Assembly: GCA_026394155.1 (NCBI GenBank)
Contig: JAPKYT010000128.1
Span: 1 to 54,247, forward strand
Reading direction: 5' to 3'
DNA from: a bacterium
GTDB taxonomy: Bacteria > Electryoneota > RPQS01
Length of the DNA: 54,247 nucleotides
Positions 21,477 through 32,355 of the stretch are shown here, piece after piece (position 1 is the first letter of the stretch; each line of letters begins with the position of its first letter). The notes below the pieces were generated by a model, which was not told the DNA's origin, did not search any database, and saw only the letters and a list, made by a program, of their open reading frames with translations. A program made the position numbers and the translations under genes.

Positions 21477-23876
21477 ATGGATGATGCGCCTCTCGCGCCG
21501 CTGACGGATTCAGTTTGTGGCCGCTGGCGGCTTTTCTGCCGCAAACGTGACGGCCGCGGAACCGTGGTCCTGATCCACGGGCTGGGGCTGTCGGGCGAGT
21601 TCTATCGCGGCGCGTTCGAGTATCCCGCGCTCGCCGGACGCGGTCTCTTTGTGCCCGATTTGGTGGGCTTCGGTCAAACCGGTGCGCCTTCTTCGGAATT
21701 TGATTTCGAGCTTGCGTCGCAGGCCGCCGCGGTGTGGGACGCGCTGGATGAGTTTCGCGTCCGCGAGATTTCTCTGGTCGGTCACTCGATGGGCGGAACG
21801 GTGGCCGCCTGCATGGCGGTTCAAAGGCCGCAGGCGGTGAATTGTCTGATCGTGGCCGAAGGGAACCTCGCGCGCGAGCCGGAAGCGTGGTCGGCGAGGA
21901 TTGCCGCCGCGGGAGAAGAAGGTTTCGCTTCCGAGTTTCAAGAACTGCTGAACTCCGGCCGTTTTCCTTCGATGCGGCAGACGACTCTGCCGACGTTCGT
22001 GCGCTCGGCGCGCAGCCTGCAGGAAACGCCGGATCGCGAGAATTTTCGCGCGTTCTTTGAGCAGAAGTCGGTGCCGGTATTCTTTCTGCGCGGAGAGCAG
22101 CCGGCCTCGGAAGTCGAGACGCTGAAGCTGTGTGAGGAATTAGGGATTCCGGTTCGCACCGTTCCCGGCAGCGGGCATTTCTTCACCGACGACAATCCCG
22201 ACGCGTTCTATGAGGCGATAGCCGAGATCCTCACGACGGAAGAACAGCGGGCGCAGACGCTCGGCGACCGACGGCTGACGCTGCTCCATCAGATTTCGCG
22301 CAGCAACATCGCCACGGTGTGGGAAGCGTATGACTCGGAGCTTGACCGCAAGGTGCTGGTCAAGTACATCGCCCCGCAGTATTCGCGTGACGAGGAGATT
22401 CGGGCGCGTTTTCTGCGCGAGGCGCGGGCGATAGCGAAACTCTCGCATCCCAACGTCGTTCAAATCTACGATCTGCGATCCGACGAAGAGAAGCTGTCGC
22501 TCATTCTCGAATTCGTCGAAGGCCAGAGCTTGCGGCGGCTGCTCAAGGAACGCGGGCCGTTTCCGCCGCACGTGGCGGTGACCATGGCCGCGCACATCGC
22601 CGCCGGTCTGGAAAGTGCGCACGCAGCCGGTATCATTCATCGCGATCTCAAGCCGGAAAACGTGATGGTCTCCGGCGGTGCCGAGGTCAAGATCACCGAC
22701 TTCGGTCTGGTGACGCTGCGCGATCAGCCGACGTTGACGCAGGAAGGCATGTTGGTGGGCACGCCTTCCTACATGGCTCCCGAGCAGGTGGAAGGCACAG
22801 AACTCTCACCGGCCACGGACATTTTTGCGCTGGGTCTGATCCTGCTCGAGATGCTGACCGGCCGCCGGTTGTTCGAGCGCAGCACGCTTCAGGCGACACT
22901 GCAAGCCGTGCAAAACTACAAGCAGCTTCAGGCTGAGGACCTCGGCGAGGCGGTGCCCTCCGGTCTGCTTCCCGTGATCGCGCAGATGCTCGAGCGTGCG
23001 CCGGCCAAGCGGTTCCGCAAGGCGGCGGAAGTGCGCGAGGCGCTGGTGCAGACTCAGCCGGAAGGGCTGCTGCCGCGCGCTCTGTTAGCAGATTTCCTTT
23101 CGGGGAAGCCGATCCGCCGCGCCACCATTCCCAGCGTGGTCCGTGCCCGCTCGTGGTCATGGCCGCTGCGCGCCGCCACGACCTTGATGCTGTTGGCGGC
23201 GGGAGCCGCGGTGGTGTTCCACTTTGCCACGCTCACCCGTGAATCACCCGAGATCCAAGGTCCGCCGGTGGGGCCGTTTGAGAGCGGTCTGCCTTCCGAA
23301 AGGCCGCCGACCGGTGCCTTGACGCCGGGTGAGGCCGCGCCGCCGACAACATCTCCAGAGGTTCCCTCCGGCGCACCGCCCCTCGTCAGCTCGCGGGGAC
23401 GAGTGGATACCGGCGTGTCCGTTCCACAGGTGGCGGTGGCCGCCAACGGGTATCTGACTTTGTCCACGCGTCCGTGGGCGAGCGTGTACATCGGCGATTC
23501 TTTGGTGGGAACTACGCCGCTGCCCGGGCGGCTGAGTCTGCGGGCCGGACGACAGCGCGTTCTGCTGCTCAATCCCGAAATCGGCATACCGCTTCAGCGC
23601 GAGGTGGAAATCCGTCCCAACGAAACGACGGAACTCTCGGTCAATCTTTACGACCACGTGGCGCGCATCCGCATTGCATCAGTGAAACCGTGGGCGGACG
23701 TGTACGTGAACGGCGAGTTCGTTCTGCGGACGCCATCCTCGAAGATCATTTTCAAACCGCCGGGCACCTACCGGATTACCCTGCGCAACCCTGACTTTGC
23801 GGAGTACACCGAGACGGTAACGCTCCGCGAGGGCGACCCTGTCCGCGAGATTCGCGTGGACCTCTCGCGGCCGTAA
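21477..23876 (+). CDS. Alpha/beta hydrolase + Hanks-type Ser/Thr kinase + TM + PEGA fusion
   Basis: HGLG, GHSMGG and GSGHF (hydrolase). VLVK, HRDLKPEN, DFG and GTPSYMAPE (kinase). Transmembrane helix, then two PWA.VY PEGA-like repeats. Confidence 0.88.
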   Translation: MDDAPLAPLTDSVCGRWRLFCRKRDGRGTVVLIHGLGLSGEFYRGAFEYPALAGRGLFVPDLVGFGQTGAPSSEFDFELASQAAAVWDALDEFRVREISLVGHSMGGTVAACMAVQRPQAVNCLIVAEGNLAREPEAWSARIAAAGEEGFASEFQELLNSGRFPSMRQTTLPTFVRSARSLQETPDRENFRAFFEQKSVPVFFLRGEQPASEVETLKLCEELGIPVRTVPGSGHFFTDDNPDAFYEAIAEILTTEEQRAQTLGDRRLTLLHQISRSNIATVWEAYDSELDRKVLVKYIAPQYSRDEEIRARFLREARAIAKLSHPNVVQIYDLRSDEEKLSLILEFVEGQSLRRLLKERGPFPPHVAVTMAAHIAAGLESAHAAGIIHRDLKPENVMVSGGAEVKITDFGLVTLRDQPTLTQEGMLVGTPSYMAPEQVEGTELSPATDIFALGLILLEMLTGRRLFERSTLQATLQAVQNYKQLQAEDLGEAVPSGLLPVIAQMLERAPAKRFRKAAEVREALVQTQPEGLLPRALLADFLSGKPIRRATIPSVVRARSWSWPLRAATTLMLLAAGAAVVFHFATLTRESPEIQGPPVGPFESGLPSERPPTGALTPGEAAPPTTSPEVPSGAPPLVSSRGRVDTGVSVPQVAVAANGYLTLSTRPWASVYIGDSLVGTTPLPGRLSLRAGRQRVLLLNPEIGIPLQREVEIRPNETTELSVNLYDHVARIRIASVKPWADVYVNGEFVLRTPSSKIIFKPPGTYRITLRNPDFAEYTETVTLREGDPVREIRVDLSRP

Positions 23877-23911
23877 AGACCTTTGATGCGTGAACTCATT
23901 GTCCGTCGCCA

Positions 23912-23950
23912 GCCCCCCCTTGATCCCCCCACAGAGTGGGGGGAGACACG
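23912..23950. repeat. C6/G6 palindromic repeat (REP-like), copy 2
   Basis: CCCCCCCTTGATCCCCCCACAGAGTGGGGGGAGA, homologous to the reverse complement of 4686-4720. Confidence 0.6.
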
Positions 23951-24206
23951 AATTGCCCAAGCCCGTTCGTTGTTTCAGGACACCTTCTGAATCTCGACCA
24001 GAGGCACCAGAAAGTCGCCGGGCTCGTGATGTCCTCGCCGATTCGAGTAGATAACTATTTGTTAGTCATTGATTTACGAGAACAATGCTCTGGAGGCAAG
24101 AGAACAAAGCGAAAAACGGCGCGGATTGGAACCTCGCTTCGTTCTGCCGCGTTCACTTTGAGTTAGCGAAGGTCTTAACAAGCGGAAGAGTGCACGGAAA
24201 GAGCCT

Positions 24207-25142
24207 ATGATTCAACTGGCGAAGGTTACCAAATCCTATAGCGGGGTCAAAGCCGTGGACGACGTCACGTTGTCCATCCCCAGTGGTCAGATTCTTGGAT
24301 TCCTCGGGCCTAACGCGGCCGGGAAGACGACCACCATGCGCATGATCACCTGCTATATGCCGCCCACCGCGGGGAAAATCCAAGTGGACGGTCTGGACAC
24401 GATCGAGCAATCGCTGGAAGTGCGGCGGAAGATCGGCTACCTTCCGGAAATGGCGCCGGTCTATCAGGACATCAATGTGCTGGACTATCTGAACTACGTG
24501 TGCGATCTGCGGAGAATCGCGGCCGACAAGCGGCAGCAGCGCATTCGCAGGATCATCGAGCGCTGCGGTCTGGAAGAGGTGCTGCACAAGGACGTGGGGC
24601 AACTCTCCAAGGGCTACCGTCAGCGCGTGGGTCTGGCGCAGGCGATGGTTCACGATCCCGACATCGTGGTCCTCGACGAGCCGACCGCCGGTTTGGATCC
24701 GAACCAGATCGCCGAGATTCGCGCGCTCATCAAGGAACTGGGCCGTGAAAAGACGGTGATTCTCTCGACGCACATTCTGTCGGAAGTGCAGGCCACCTGT
24801 TCGCGCATCGTGATTATCAATCAAGGCCGCATCGTAGCCGACGACACGCCCGAGGGATTGCAGGCCAATGCCGAGGGCCGCGGCGTGTTCATCACGGCGG
24901 TGAAGACAGCCGCGGGCGACGTGGCGGCCAAGACGCGGCAAATCGCGGGGGTGGAAGAGGCGCGGCCGATTTCCTCCACGCAGGGCGTGCAGAAGCTGCG
25001 GATTGAGAGCGGTGCCGGCCGCGACGTGCGCGAGGATTTCTTCCGTCTGGCCGTGCGCGAGAACTGGGTGATCCTCGAAATGGCGCAGGAGTCGCGCAGC
25101 CTCGAAGAAGTGTTCCGCAATCTGACCCGCGAGGATCAGTAA
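24207..25142 (+). CDS. ABC transporter ATP-binding protein, GldA-like
   Basis: GPNAAGKTT, LSKGYRQRVG, LDEPTAGLDPNQI. Confidence 0.92.
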   Translation: MIQLAKVTKSYSGVKAVDDVTLSIPSGQILGFLGPNAAGKTTTMRMITCYMPPTAGKIQVDGLDTIEQSLEVRRKIGYLPEMAPVYQDINVLDYLNYVCDLRRIAADKRQQRIRRIIERCGLEEVLHKDVGQLSKGYRQRVGLAQAMVHDPDIVVLDEPTAGLDPNQIAEIRALIKELGREKTVILSTHILSEVQATCSRIVIINQGRIVADDTPEGLQANAEGRGVFITAVKTAAGDVAAKTRQIAGVEEARPISSTQGVQKLRIESGAGRDVREDFFRLAVRENWVILEMAQESRSLEEVFRNLTREDQ

Positions 25143-25143
25143 C

Positions 25144-25854
25144 ATGGACAACATTCTCTGCATTTTCCGCCGCGAGTTCCGTTCCTACTTCGATGCGCCT
25201 ATCGCCTACATCGTGCTCATGTTCTTCCTGCTGATTGCGGGGTATTTCTTCACCACCAACCTCTTTCTGGTCAATCAGGCGAATCTGCGGACGATCTTCG
25301 GCATCATCCCGCTCCTTTTTGTCTTCTTTGTTCCCGCCATTTCGATGCGGCTGCTGGCCGAGGAGAAAAAGTCGGGCACCATCGAGTTGCTGTTTACCTA
25401 TCCCATCCGCGACGCCGAGATCGTGGTCGGCAAGTATCTGGCCGCCCTCGGCCTGATCGCCGTGCTGCTCATTTTCACGTTCCTCTATCCGTTGACGGTG
25501 AGCACCCTCGGCAACCTTGACGCCGGTCAGGTGATTTCGGGCTACATCGGACTCTTTCTCTTGGGCGCGGCCTATCTGGCCATCGGCATCTTCGCCTCGT
25601 CCATCACCGAGAACCAGATTGTCGCCTTCATGGTGGCGTGGGCGATTTCGCTCTTCTTCTTTATCCTCGACAAGATCCTCTTCTTCGTGCCGACGTCGCT
25701 GGCCAACATCCTCGAGTATCTGGCCATCGAGTATCATTTTCAGAACATCGCACGCGGAGTGATTGACTCCCGCAATGTGATCTACTTCTTTTCGATGATC
25801 TTTGTCGGCCTGCTGCTGGCCAGCCATGCGCTGTCGCGGCGCAAGGGCGACTGA
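25144..25854 (+). CDS. ABC-2 permease, GldF-like
   Basis: RREFRSYF, PAISMRLLAEEKKSGTIELL, RGVIDSR. Confidence 0.9.
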   Translation: MDNILCIFRREFRSYFDAPIAYIVLMFFLLIAGYFFTTNLFLVNQANLRTIFGIIPLLFVFFVPAISMRLLAEEKKSGTIELLFTYPIRDAEIVVGKYLAALGLIAVLLIFTFLYPLTVSTLGNLDAGQVISGYIGLFLLGAAYLAIGIFASSITENQIVAFMVAWAISLFFFILDKILFFVPTSLANILEYLAIEYHFQNIARGVIDSRNVIYFFSMIFVGLLLASHALSRRKGD

Positions 25855-25897
25855 CGGCCGCGGAAATCCACACACGCAAAACAGGGATCATGGAAAT

Positions 25898-27490
25898 ATG
25901 AAACACAAAGCGTGGTCAGTGTCATCGCTGTCAAACCTGCTGGTCATTGTGGCCATGGTGGTGGTGGTCAATCTCATCGGCCTGCGGATTTTCACTCGGG
26001 CGGACCTGACGGAGAACCACATTTACACGCTGAGCCGCGCCTCGCGCAGCGCGGTGGCCGGTTTGGACGACCGCCTGACCGTCAAGGCCTATTTCACCAA
26101 GGACCTGCCGCCGCCCTATAACGCCAACTCGCGCTACGTGAACGACGCGCTCGAAGATTATCGCTCGTACAGTCGCGGCAAGTTCGTCTTCGAGTTCGTG
26201 GACCCGGCGGACGAGAAGAAGTTGGAGGAGGAGGCCCAGCGCTATCGCGTTCAGCCCGCGCAGGTGAACGTGATGGAGAAGGACAACGTTCAGCTCAAGA
26301 AGGTGTACATGGGTCTGGTGCTTATCTACGGCGACAAGCACGAGACCTTACCGCTGGTGCAGGACGTGGAGAACTTCGAGTACGAAATGACGTCGGCCAT
26401 CAAGCGCGTGATCGCCGACCGGCTGCCCAAGGTCGGCTTCCTGACCGGCTTCGGCGCGCCCGATCTGGGACAGGACATGCGGCAGCTCGCGGCCGGTCTC
26501 TCCAAGCACTATCAGGTGGTGCCGGTGAGCACGGCTCAGGGCAACCGTCTGATCGAAGAAGACGTGGACGTGCTCTGCATCGTGCAGCCCAAGGAAGCGC
26601 TGGACGAGTGGACGAAATTCTGCATAGATCAGTACGTCGTGCGCGGCGGCAAGGTGGGCTGGTTCATCAACAAGGTCAAGGCCGACATCCAGACGTCTCA
26701 AGCCACCGGCCTCCAGCTTAATCTGGACGACCTGACACGGTCGTACGGCTTTGTGGTGGGCAACAATCTGGTCACCGACCTGAACGCTTCGATGATCAAC
26801 GTTCAGCAGCAGCAGGGCTTCTTCACGATCACCAACATGGTGCGCTATCCGGCGTTTCCGCGCATCGTGGACATCAATCGCCAGATGCCGATGGTGAAGG
26901 ACTTGCAGGAACTCACGCTGTTCTTTCCCAGCTCGGTGGACACTCTGCGTTCGGGCCGGAGCAACGTGACCTACACGCCGCTCTTTCAGACCAGCGAGTA
27001 CACGCGGGTGCAGCAAGGCCGCTATGACATCAACCCCATGGCTCCCACGCGCAAGGAAGACTTCACCGGCGGCCGCAAGCTCTTGGGTGTGGCGATGATC
27101 GGCGATTTTGCCTCGGTCTTCCAAGGGAAATCCGCGCCGCGGCCCACCGATTCAACCGCGATGCCGCCGCAAGTGCAGGTGCTGGAACACAGCTCCGAAA
27201 CGCGCATGGTGGTCATCGGCGACGGCAACTTCGTGCAGGGCCAGTTTGCGCAGGGCGGCCCCAACCTGATTCTCTTCATGAATGCGGTGGACTGGTTGAG
27301 TCAGGACACCGACCTCATGAGCATCCGCTCGCGCGAGGCGGCCATTCGCCCGCTGAAGCCGGATATCAGCGACGGCACCAAACGCACGGTCAAATATGCG
27401 AACATGTTCGGCCCGGCGGTGCTCGTGCTGCTGCTGGGCTTGGTGCGCTGGACGATGCGGCGCAATCGCCTCAAGGGGGTAACGGTATGA
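25898..27490 (+). CDS. GldG-like ABC auxiliary protein
   Basis: RADLTENHIYTLS, FEYEMTSAI, NAVDWL, C-terminal transmembrane helix. Confidence 0.88.
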   Translation: MKHKAWSVSSLSNLLVIVAMVVVVNLIGLRIFTRADLTENHIYTLSRASRSAVAGLDDRLTVKAYFTKDLPPPYNANSRYVNDALEDYRSYSRGKFVFEFVDPADEKKLEEEAQRYRVQPAQVNVMEKDNVQLKKVYMGLVLIYGDKHETLPLVQDVENFEYEMTSAIKRVIADRLPKVGFLTGFGAPDLGQDMRQLAAGLSKHYQVVPVSTAQGNRLIEEDVDVLCIVQPKEALDEWTKFCIDQYVVRGGKVGWFINKVKADIQTSQATGLQLNLDDLTRSYGFVVGNNLVTDLNASMINVQQQQGFFTITNMVRYPAFPRIVDINRQMPMVKDLQELTLFFPSSVDTLRSGRSNVTYTPLFQTSEYTRVQQGRYDINPMAPTRKEDFTGGRKLLGVAMIGDFASVFQGKSAPRPTDSTAMPPQVQVLEHSSETRMVVIGDGNFVQGQFAQGGPNLILFMNAVDWLSQDTDLMSIRSREAAIRPLKPDISDGTKRTVKYANMFGPAVLVLLLGLVRWTMRRNRLKGVTV

Positions 27491-28446
27491 AACGCTCCAT
27501 CACTCTGATCCTCGCCTTGGCGGTGCTGTTAGGCATCTATTGGCTGGTGCAGTCGCGTCGCCCCGTAGTCTCGGCTGATCGGCCTTTTGTTGAATACGAC
27601 AGCGCGGCCGTCAACCTCATTCGTGTGGAGACCGCTACCGATACGATCGAGCTGCGCAAAGAGGGCGATCTGTGGAATCTGGTGGCGCCCTTGAAATTCC
27701 TGGCCGCTCAGAACACGGTGCAGCAAACAATCAGCCGGCTCCGCGAAATGGAGAAGCTGACGCTCATCACCAAGAACACCGACCGGCATGCTGAGTTTCA
27801 GGTCAAGGACACCGTGGGTGTGAAAGTCACCATCGGTCAGGGCAACCAGCGAACCGTCTTCTACATCGGCAGGACGGGACCCACGGGACAGACGACCTAC
27901 GCCCGCATGGCCAACTCCGGCGAGGTCTGGGAAATCGGCGGCAATCAGGCGACCACCTTCAATCGCAAAGCCAAGGACTGGCGCGACAAGACCATTACCG
28001 AGTTCAATGCGGGTGATTTTCGCAAGATCACTCTGCGTTATCCCGACCAAACGCTTACTCTCTCGTTGGTGGACACGGTGTGGAAAGTGGACGCGGGCCG
28101 CGAGCAGTTTGACGGCGCAAAGGATTTGGTGGAACGCGTGACCAACCTGCTTTCGCGCATGTCGGGAGTGGATTTCGCCGACACGCTGGCGGCCAACGCT
28201 TTCGATCAACCGGTCTTCCAGCTCGAAGTGGAACTCGCGGCGGGACAGACGGTGGACATCAAGCTGATCGCCAAAGACCCCGAGGCCAATCAATACTACC
28301 TGCGCAAGGCCGGAGCCACGGCGGACTATGTGATTTACAAGAGCACCGCCAACGCTCTCATGAAGAAGGCCGAGGATTTCAAGCCGCAGGCCGGCGATGA
28401 GGAAGACCTTCCCGCTAAGGCGGCGCGATCGGCGCGGGTGAGCTGA
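27487..28446 (+). CDS. DUF4340 domain protein
   Basis: N-terminal anchor, DWRDKTI motif, usual position after GldG. Confidence 0.75.
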   Translation: MKRSITLILALAVLLGIYWLVQSRRPVVSADRPFVEYDSAAVNLIRVETATDTIELRKEGDLWNLVAPLKFLAAQNTVQQTISRLREMEKLTLITKNTDRHAEFQVKDTVGVKVTIGQGNQRTVFYIGRTGPTGQTTYARMANSGEVWEIGGNQATTFNRKAKDWRDKTITEFNAGDFRKITLRYPDQTLTLSLVDTVWKVDAGREQFDGAKDLVERVTNLLSRMSGVDFADTLAANAFDQPVFQLEVELAAGQTVDIKLIAKDPEANQYYLRKAGATADYVIYKSTANALMKKAEDFKPQAGDEEDLPAKAARSARVS

Positions 28447-28462
28447 GGTCATTGCACCCGAG

Positions 28463-28505
28463 AGGCCGGATTGCCGCGGCGTCACCCCGGTAGTCCGGCC
28501 TTTTT
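28463..28505 (+). terminator. Intrinsic terminator
   Basis: AGGCCGGATTGCCG...CGGTAGTCCGGCCT followed by a T-tract. Confidence 0.7.
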
Positions 28506-28546
28506 CGCTCCTGCGCGCGCCTGATTCACAGAAGCTCGGTCCCGAC

Positions 28547-30472
28547 ATGTTGCTCCAACAACTCCGTCAGAAACCCGTTGCCGTTTTGGCCGTTGTCTTG
28601 CTGGTGGCGGCGGCCTTCCTGCCGTCGCTGCGCAACGGATACGTGAGTGATGACTTCGCGCTCGTCGGCCGTCGCGACAGCATCCTCAAGACGCCCCAAG
28701 GGCTGCTGCAACTCGTCACGAATCCGTACTGGTGGGGATCCGCCGATGTGGAAGCCCGCCATGACTTGTACCGGCCGTTCATTTCCGCCACGTGGTGGTT
28801 CGACTATCAGATCGGCGGTCTGTCGCCGTGGGCCTACCATCTGTCGAATCTCCTCGTTCACCTCGCGGTAACGGTGCTGATTTTTGTGGCGCTGTCGCCG
28901 ATAGCCGGCCGCGGTCTCGCTTTAGCCGCGGCCGCGCTGACGGGCGCCGGGCCGGTGGCGGTGACGTCGGTGGGATGGGCCGCGGGACGCACGGATCTTT
29001 GGGCGGCGCTTTTCATGCTTGCCTTCCTGATCTTGTTCGAACGCGTGCGGCGAGGCGCGTCGCGGTGGCATCTGGCCGGCGCGCTGATCAGCTTTTTCTT
29101 CGCGCTGACATCCAAGGAGACGGCCGTCATCGCACCGGTCATCGCCTGGATGCTCGGGCGATGCCGGAGGCCGGCTGGAAGCGATGAGGCGCGTGCGCGG
29201 CGCACCATCCGGCCTTACGTTGCTCTGCTGATTCCTTTGGCCGCCTATCTGGCCGCGCGCTGGGCGGTGCTCGGTGCGCTCGGAACGCGCGCGGGCCCCA
29301 CCGCCCATTTTTCACTGCTGACCTTCATACCCAAGCTGCCGGAGCAGATTCTGCGTTCGGCGTTTCATGCCATCGTGCCGCTGCACTACAACTACTTCTC
29401 GGAACTCATCTGGAGCGAACCCGGGCAGCGGAATTTGTTGTTCATTCTTGGTTGGATCGCTTTTCTGGCGCTGATCGCTTTGATCGTGATAGGACTGGCG
29501 CGACGGCAGCTCTGGGCGGCGGGGGGAGCGTGGTTCGGGCTGGTGCTCATTCCCGTGTACATCTCCGGTCAATCGTGGGCGCCCATTTCCGATTTCTACA
29601 TGTACACCGGCTTGCCCGGTCTGTGGCTGTTTGTGTTGGACGGCGGCCGGGCGCTCGCCGGGCGTCTGGGACCGGCGCGGTTTGTAGAGGGCAAGCGCGC
29701 CGCGCTTCTCATCGGTGCCGTGACCATCGTCTTTGCCGTTCTCACCTTCTCGCGTCTGCCGGTTCTGCAATCATCCATGTCGCTGGTTCAGAACAGTGTT
29801 CGGCGCGAATCACGGTCGGCCAAGGCCATGATGGCTCTGGCCGAAGAGTACTTCTATCAGGGACAGGACTCCGCGGCCGACCAGTGGATGCGCAAGGCGA
29901 TAGCCGCCCGGCCTGATGACTTAAGACCGTGGACGATCAGCGCCCGCCATTATATGGAAGCAGGCAATACAAACAAGGCGGCCGCTTTCGTGGACACGCT
30001 GGCGGTGCGCGGCCGGTACTCGGCGCAAGCGCAGGCGCTGATCGCACGGTACTATTACGAGATGGGCCGTTGCGATTTGGCCGTGGAGACGTTTCGACGC
30101 TCGCTGAGACTGGATTATCCGACCGTGGCCACGCTTTTCGATTACGGCATGGCGTTGATCTGCGCGGGCGACAACCGGTCCGCGGTCGAAGCCTACGAAG
30201 CGGTGATTTCGCTCGCGCCGTCGTGGCCGCAGGCGTACGCCAATTTCGGTCTGGCGCTGGAGAATGTCGGCCGCTTGGGTGAGGCCGTGCGTGCCTATGA
30301 AACGGCCGTGCAGCAGGCTCCGGCCCTTGCACAGGCGTGGGAATCGCTGGCCAAGGCGAGCTTGAAAGCGGGCGATCGTTCGCAAGCTCAGCACGCGGCC
30401 GAGGTGTATTTCGGGCTGAATCCGCCCGCCGATCGCGCGCAGCGGCTGCGCGAAATGCTGACCCGGCCGTGA
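28547..30472 (+). CDS. TMTC-like membrane glycosyltransferase with C-terminal TPRs
   Basis: YVSDD, YRPF, YHLSNLLVH, GRTD and SKET motifs, plus TPR repeats. Confidence 0.8.
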   Translation: MLLQQLRQKPVAVLAVVLLVAAAFLPSLRNGYVSDDFALVGRRDSILKTPQGLLQLVTNPYWWGSADVEARHDLYRPFISATWWFDYQIGGLSPWAYHLSNLLVHLAVTVLIFVALSPIAGRGLALAAAALTGAGPVAVTSVGWAAGRTDLWAALFMLAFLILFERVRRGASRWHLAGALISFFFALTSKETAVIAPVIAWMLGRCRRPAGSDEARARRTIRPYVALLIPLAAYLAARWAVLGALGTRAGPTAHFSLLTFIPKLPEQILRSAFHAIVPLHYNYFSELIWSEPGQRNLLFILGWIAFLALIALIVIGLARRQLWAAGGAWFGLVLIPVYISGQSWAPISDFYMYTGLPGLWLFVLDGGRALAGRLGPARFVEGKRAALLIGAVTIVFAVLTFSRLPVLQSSMSLVQNSVRRESRSAKAMMALAEEYFYQGQDSAADQWMRKAIAARPDDLRPWTISARHYMEAGNTNKAAAFVDTLAVRGRYSAQAQALIARYYYEMGRCDLAVETFRRSLRLDYPTVATLFDYGMALICAGDNRSAVEAYEAVISLAPSWPQAYANFGLALENVGRLGEAVRAYETAVQQAPALAQAWESLAKASLKAGDRSQAQHAAEVYFGLNPPADRAQRLREMLTRP

Positions 30473-30597
30473 CGCTCACGGATGAAATCGGTCGTGATGA
30501 GAACCAGTGCCCCGCATCACCTTCGACCCAGAGCGCGTCGCTCTGGGTTTTGTGCGCCGGCACAAACGCTGAACACGGGACTCCGATTCCCTAAGCC

Positions 30598-32355
30598 ATG
30601 ACGGCCCTTCTGAGACTACTGCCCTTTCTGCGGCCCTATCGAGGAGCGATCATCCTCGGGGCCGTGATCGCCGTGTTGAACAATGCGGTGGGAATTCTCG
30701 GTCCGTGGCTCTTGAAGCTGGCCGTGGACGCGCTGCAGAGCGGTGGGACGGTGGCGCTGCTGGCTCAATACGCGGCGCTGATGGTGGCGGTGGCGGTGGC
30801 GGCGGGCGTGCTGCGCTTCTACATGCGGCAGATTCTCATCGGTGTGTCGCGTCACGCCGAGCTCGATTTGCGCAACGCGTTTTTCGCGCATCTGCAAAAG
30901 CTGCCCGCTTCCTTCTACAATCGGCGGCGCACGGGCGACATCATGGCGCGATTGACCAGCGATCTTGAAAGCGTGCGCTCGGTTCTCGGCCCCGGCGTGA
31001 TGTATCCGCTGGATACGATTTCCATGGCGGCTTTCGTGCTCACCATGATGCTGCTGCTCTCCGTCAAGCTGACCATCGCGGTCCTCATCGCGGCGCCGCT
31101 GGTTTCCTTGGCGGTGTTCTATCTGGGCCGGGTGACGTTCCGGCTGCACACGCGCATTCAGCAGCAGTTTTCGGCTCTTTCCGATTGCGCCGAGGAGAAT
31201 CTGGCGGGTGTACGCGTGGTGCGAGCGTTTGCGCAGGAGGAACGCGAGTACCGGAAGTTCGATGAGCTGAACCGCGAGTACGTGCAGCGCAATCTGGCCA
31301 TGACGCGCGTGCAGGCGCTGTTCATGCCGCTCATGTTCTTGCTTTTCGAGTTGGTGACGGCGATGGTGCTGCTCTTGGGCGGCCGCGCCATTATCGCCGA
31401 CCGGCTCACGCTGGGCGGATTCGTGGCCTTTGTGGGTTATCTCGGAATGCTGGCTTGGCCGATTATTGCCGTGGGTTGGGTGGCGAATCTCTTTCAGCGC
31501 GGCGCGGCATCCATGAAACGTCTGACGGAGATTCTCGATGTCACTCCCGAGATTGCTCCGCCGCCCGTGCCGCACCGTCCCTCGGTAATCCGCGGCGAGA
31601 TCGAGTTTGCCAACGTCGGCTTCAGCTACGATGGAGACCGGCCGGCGCTGTCGGAGCTTTCGTTTGTCATTCCGCCCGGACGAACGGTGGCGATTGTCGG
31701 TCGCACGGGCAGCGGCAAGAGCACGCTGGTCTCACTGATTCCGCGGCTCTTCGATCCCACCGAAGGTCGAGTTCTCATAGACGGCATTCCCACGACCGAC
31801 TGGGACCTGCGTGTGCTTCGCCGGACAATCGCGGTGGTGCCGCAGGACGCGCAGCTCTTTTCCGACATGGTGAGTGCGAATTTGCGCTTCGGCGCGCCGG
31901 ATGCGCCGCAGGAAAACCTGATGCGGGCGGCGGAGATTTCGCAGATCGCGAAGGACGTGGCCGCTTTCCGCAGTGGATACGAGACGGTGGTGGGCGAGCG
32001 CGGCATCACGCTCTCGGGTGGGCAGAAGGGACGCACGGCGCTGGCGCGCGCGTTGCTTTGCGATCCCAAGATTCTGATTCTTGATGACGCGCTCTCCGCG
32101 GTGGACACGCAGACCGAGGAGGAAATACTGCACGGATTGCGCCGCTTCATGGCCGGCCGCACCTCGATCATCATTTCTCATCGCGTGTCCACGGTCAAAG
32201 ACGCCGATGAGATATTCGTTTTGGATGAAGGCCGCATCGTGGAGCGCGGCACTCACGATGAGTTGATCGCGCGGGGCGGGTATTACGCGGAACTGGACCG
32301 CATGCAGAAGTTAGAAGCGGAGCTCGAAGAAATGGACGAGGACGCGGCCTCATGA
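30598..32355 (+). CDS. ABC exporter, fused TMD-NBD (MdlA/YheI-like)
   Basis: GRTGSGKS, LSGGQ, degenerate Walker B ILDDALS. Confidence 0.92.
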   Translation: MTALLRLLPFLRPYRGAIILGAVIAVLNNAVGILGPWLLKLAVDALQSGGTVALLAQYAALMVAVAVAAGVLRFYMRQILIGVSRHAELDLRNAFFAHLQKLPASFYNRRRTGDIMARLTSDLESVRSVLGPGVMYPLDTISMAAFVLTMMLLLSVKLTIAVLIAAPLVSLAVFYLGRVTFRLHTRIQQQFSALSDCAEENLAGVRVVRAFAQEEREYRKFDELNREYVQRNLAMTRVQALFMPLMFLLFELVTAMVLLLGGRAIIADRLTLGGFVAFVGYLGMLAWPIIAVGWVANLFQRGAASMKRLTEILDVTPEIAPPPVPHRPSVIRGEIEFANVGFSYDGDRPALSELSFVIPPGRTVAIVGRTGSGKSTLVSLIPRLFDPTEGRVLIDGIPTTDWDLRVLRRTIAVVPQDAQLFSDMVSANLRFGAPDAPQENLMRAAEISQIAKDVAAFRSGYETVVGERGITLSGGQKGRTALARALLCDPKILILDDALSAVDTQTEEEILHGLRRFMAGRTSIIISHRVSTVKDADEIFVLDEGRIVERGTHDELIARGGYYAELDRMQKLEAELEEMDEDAAS

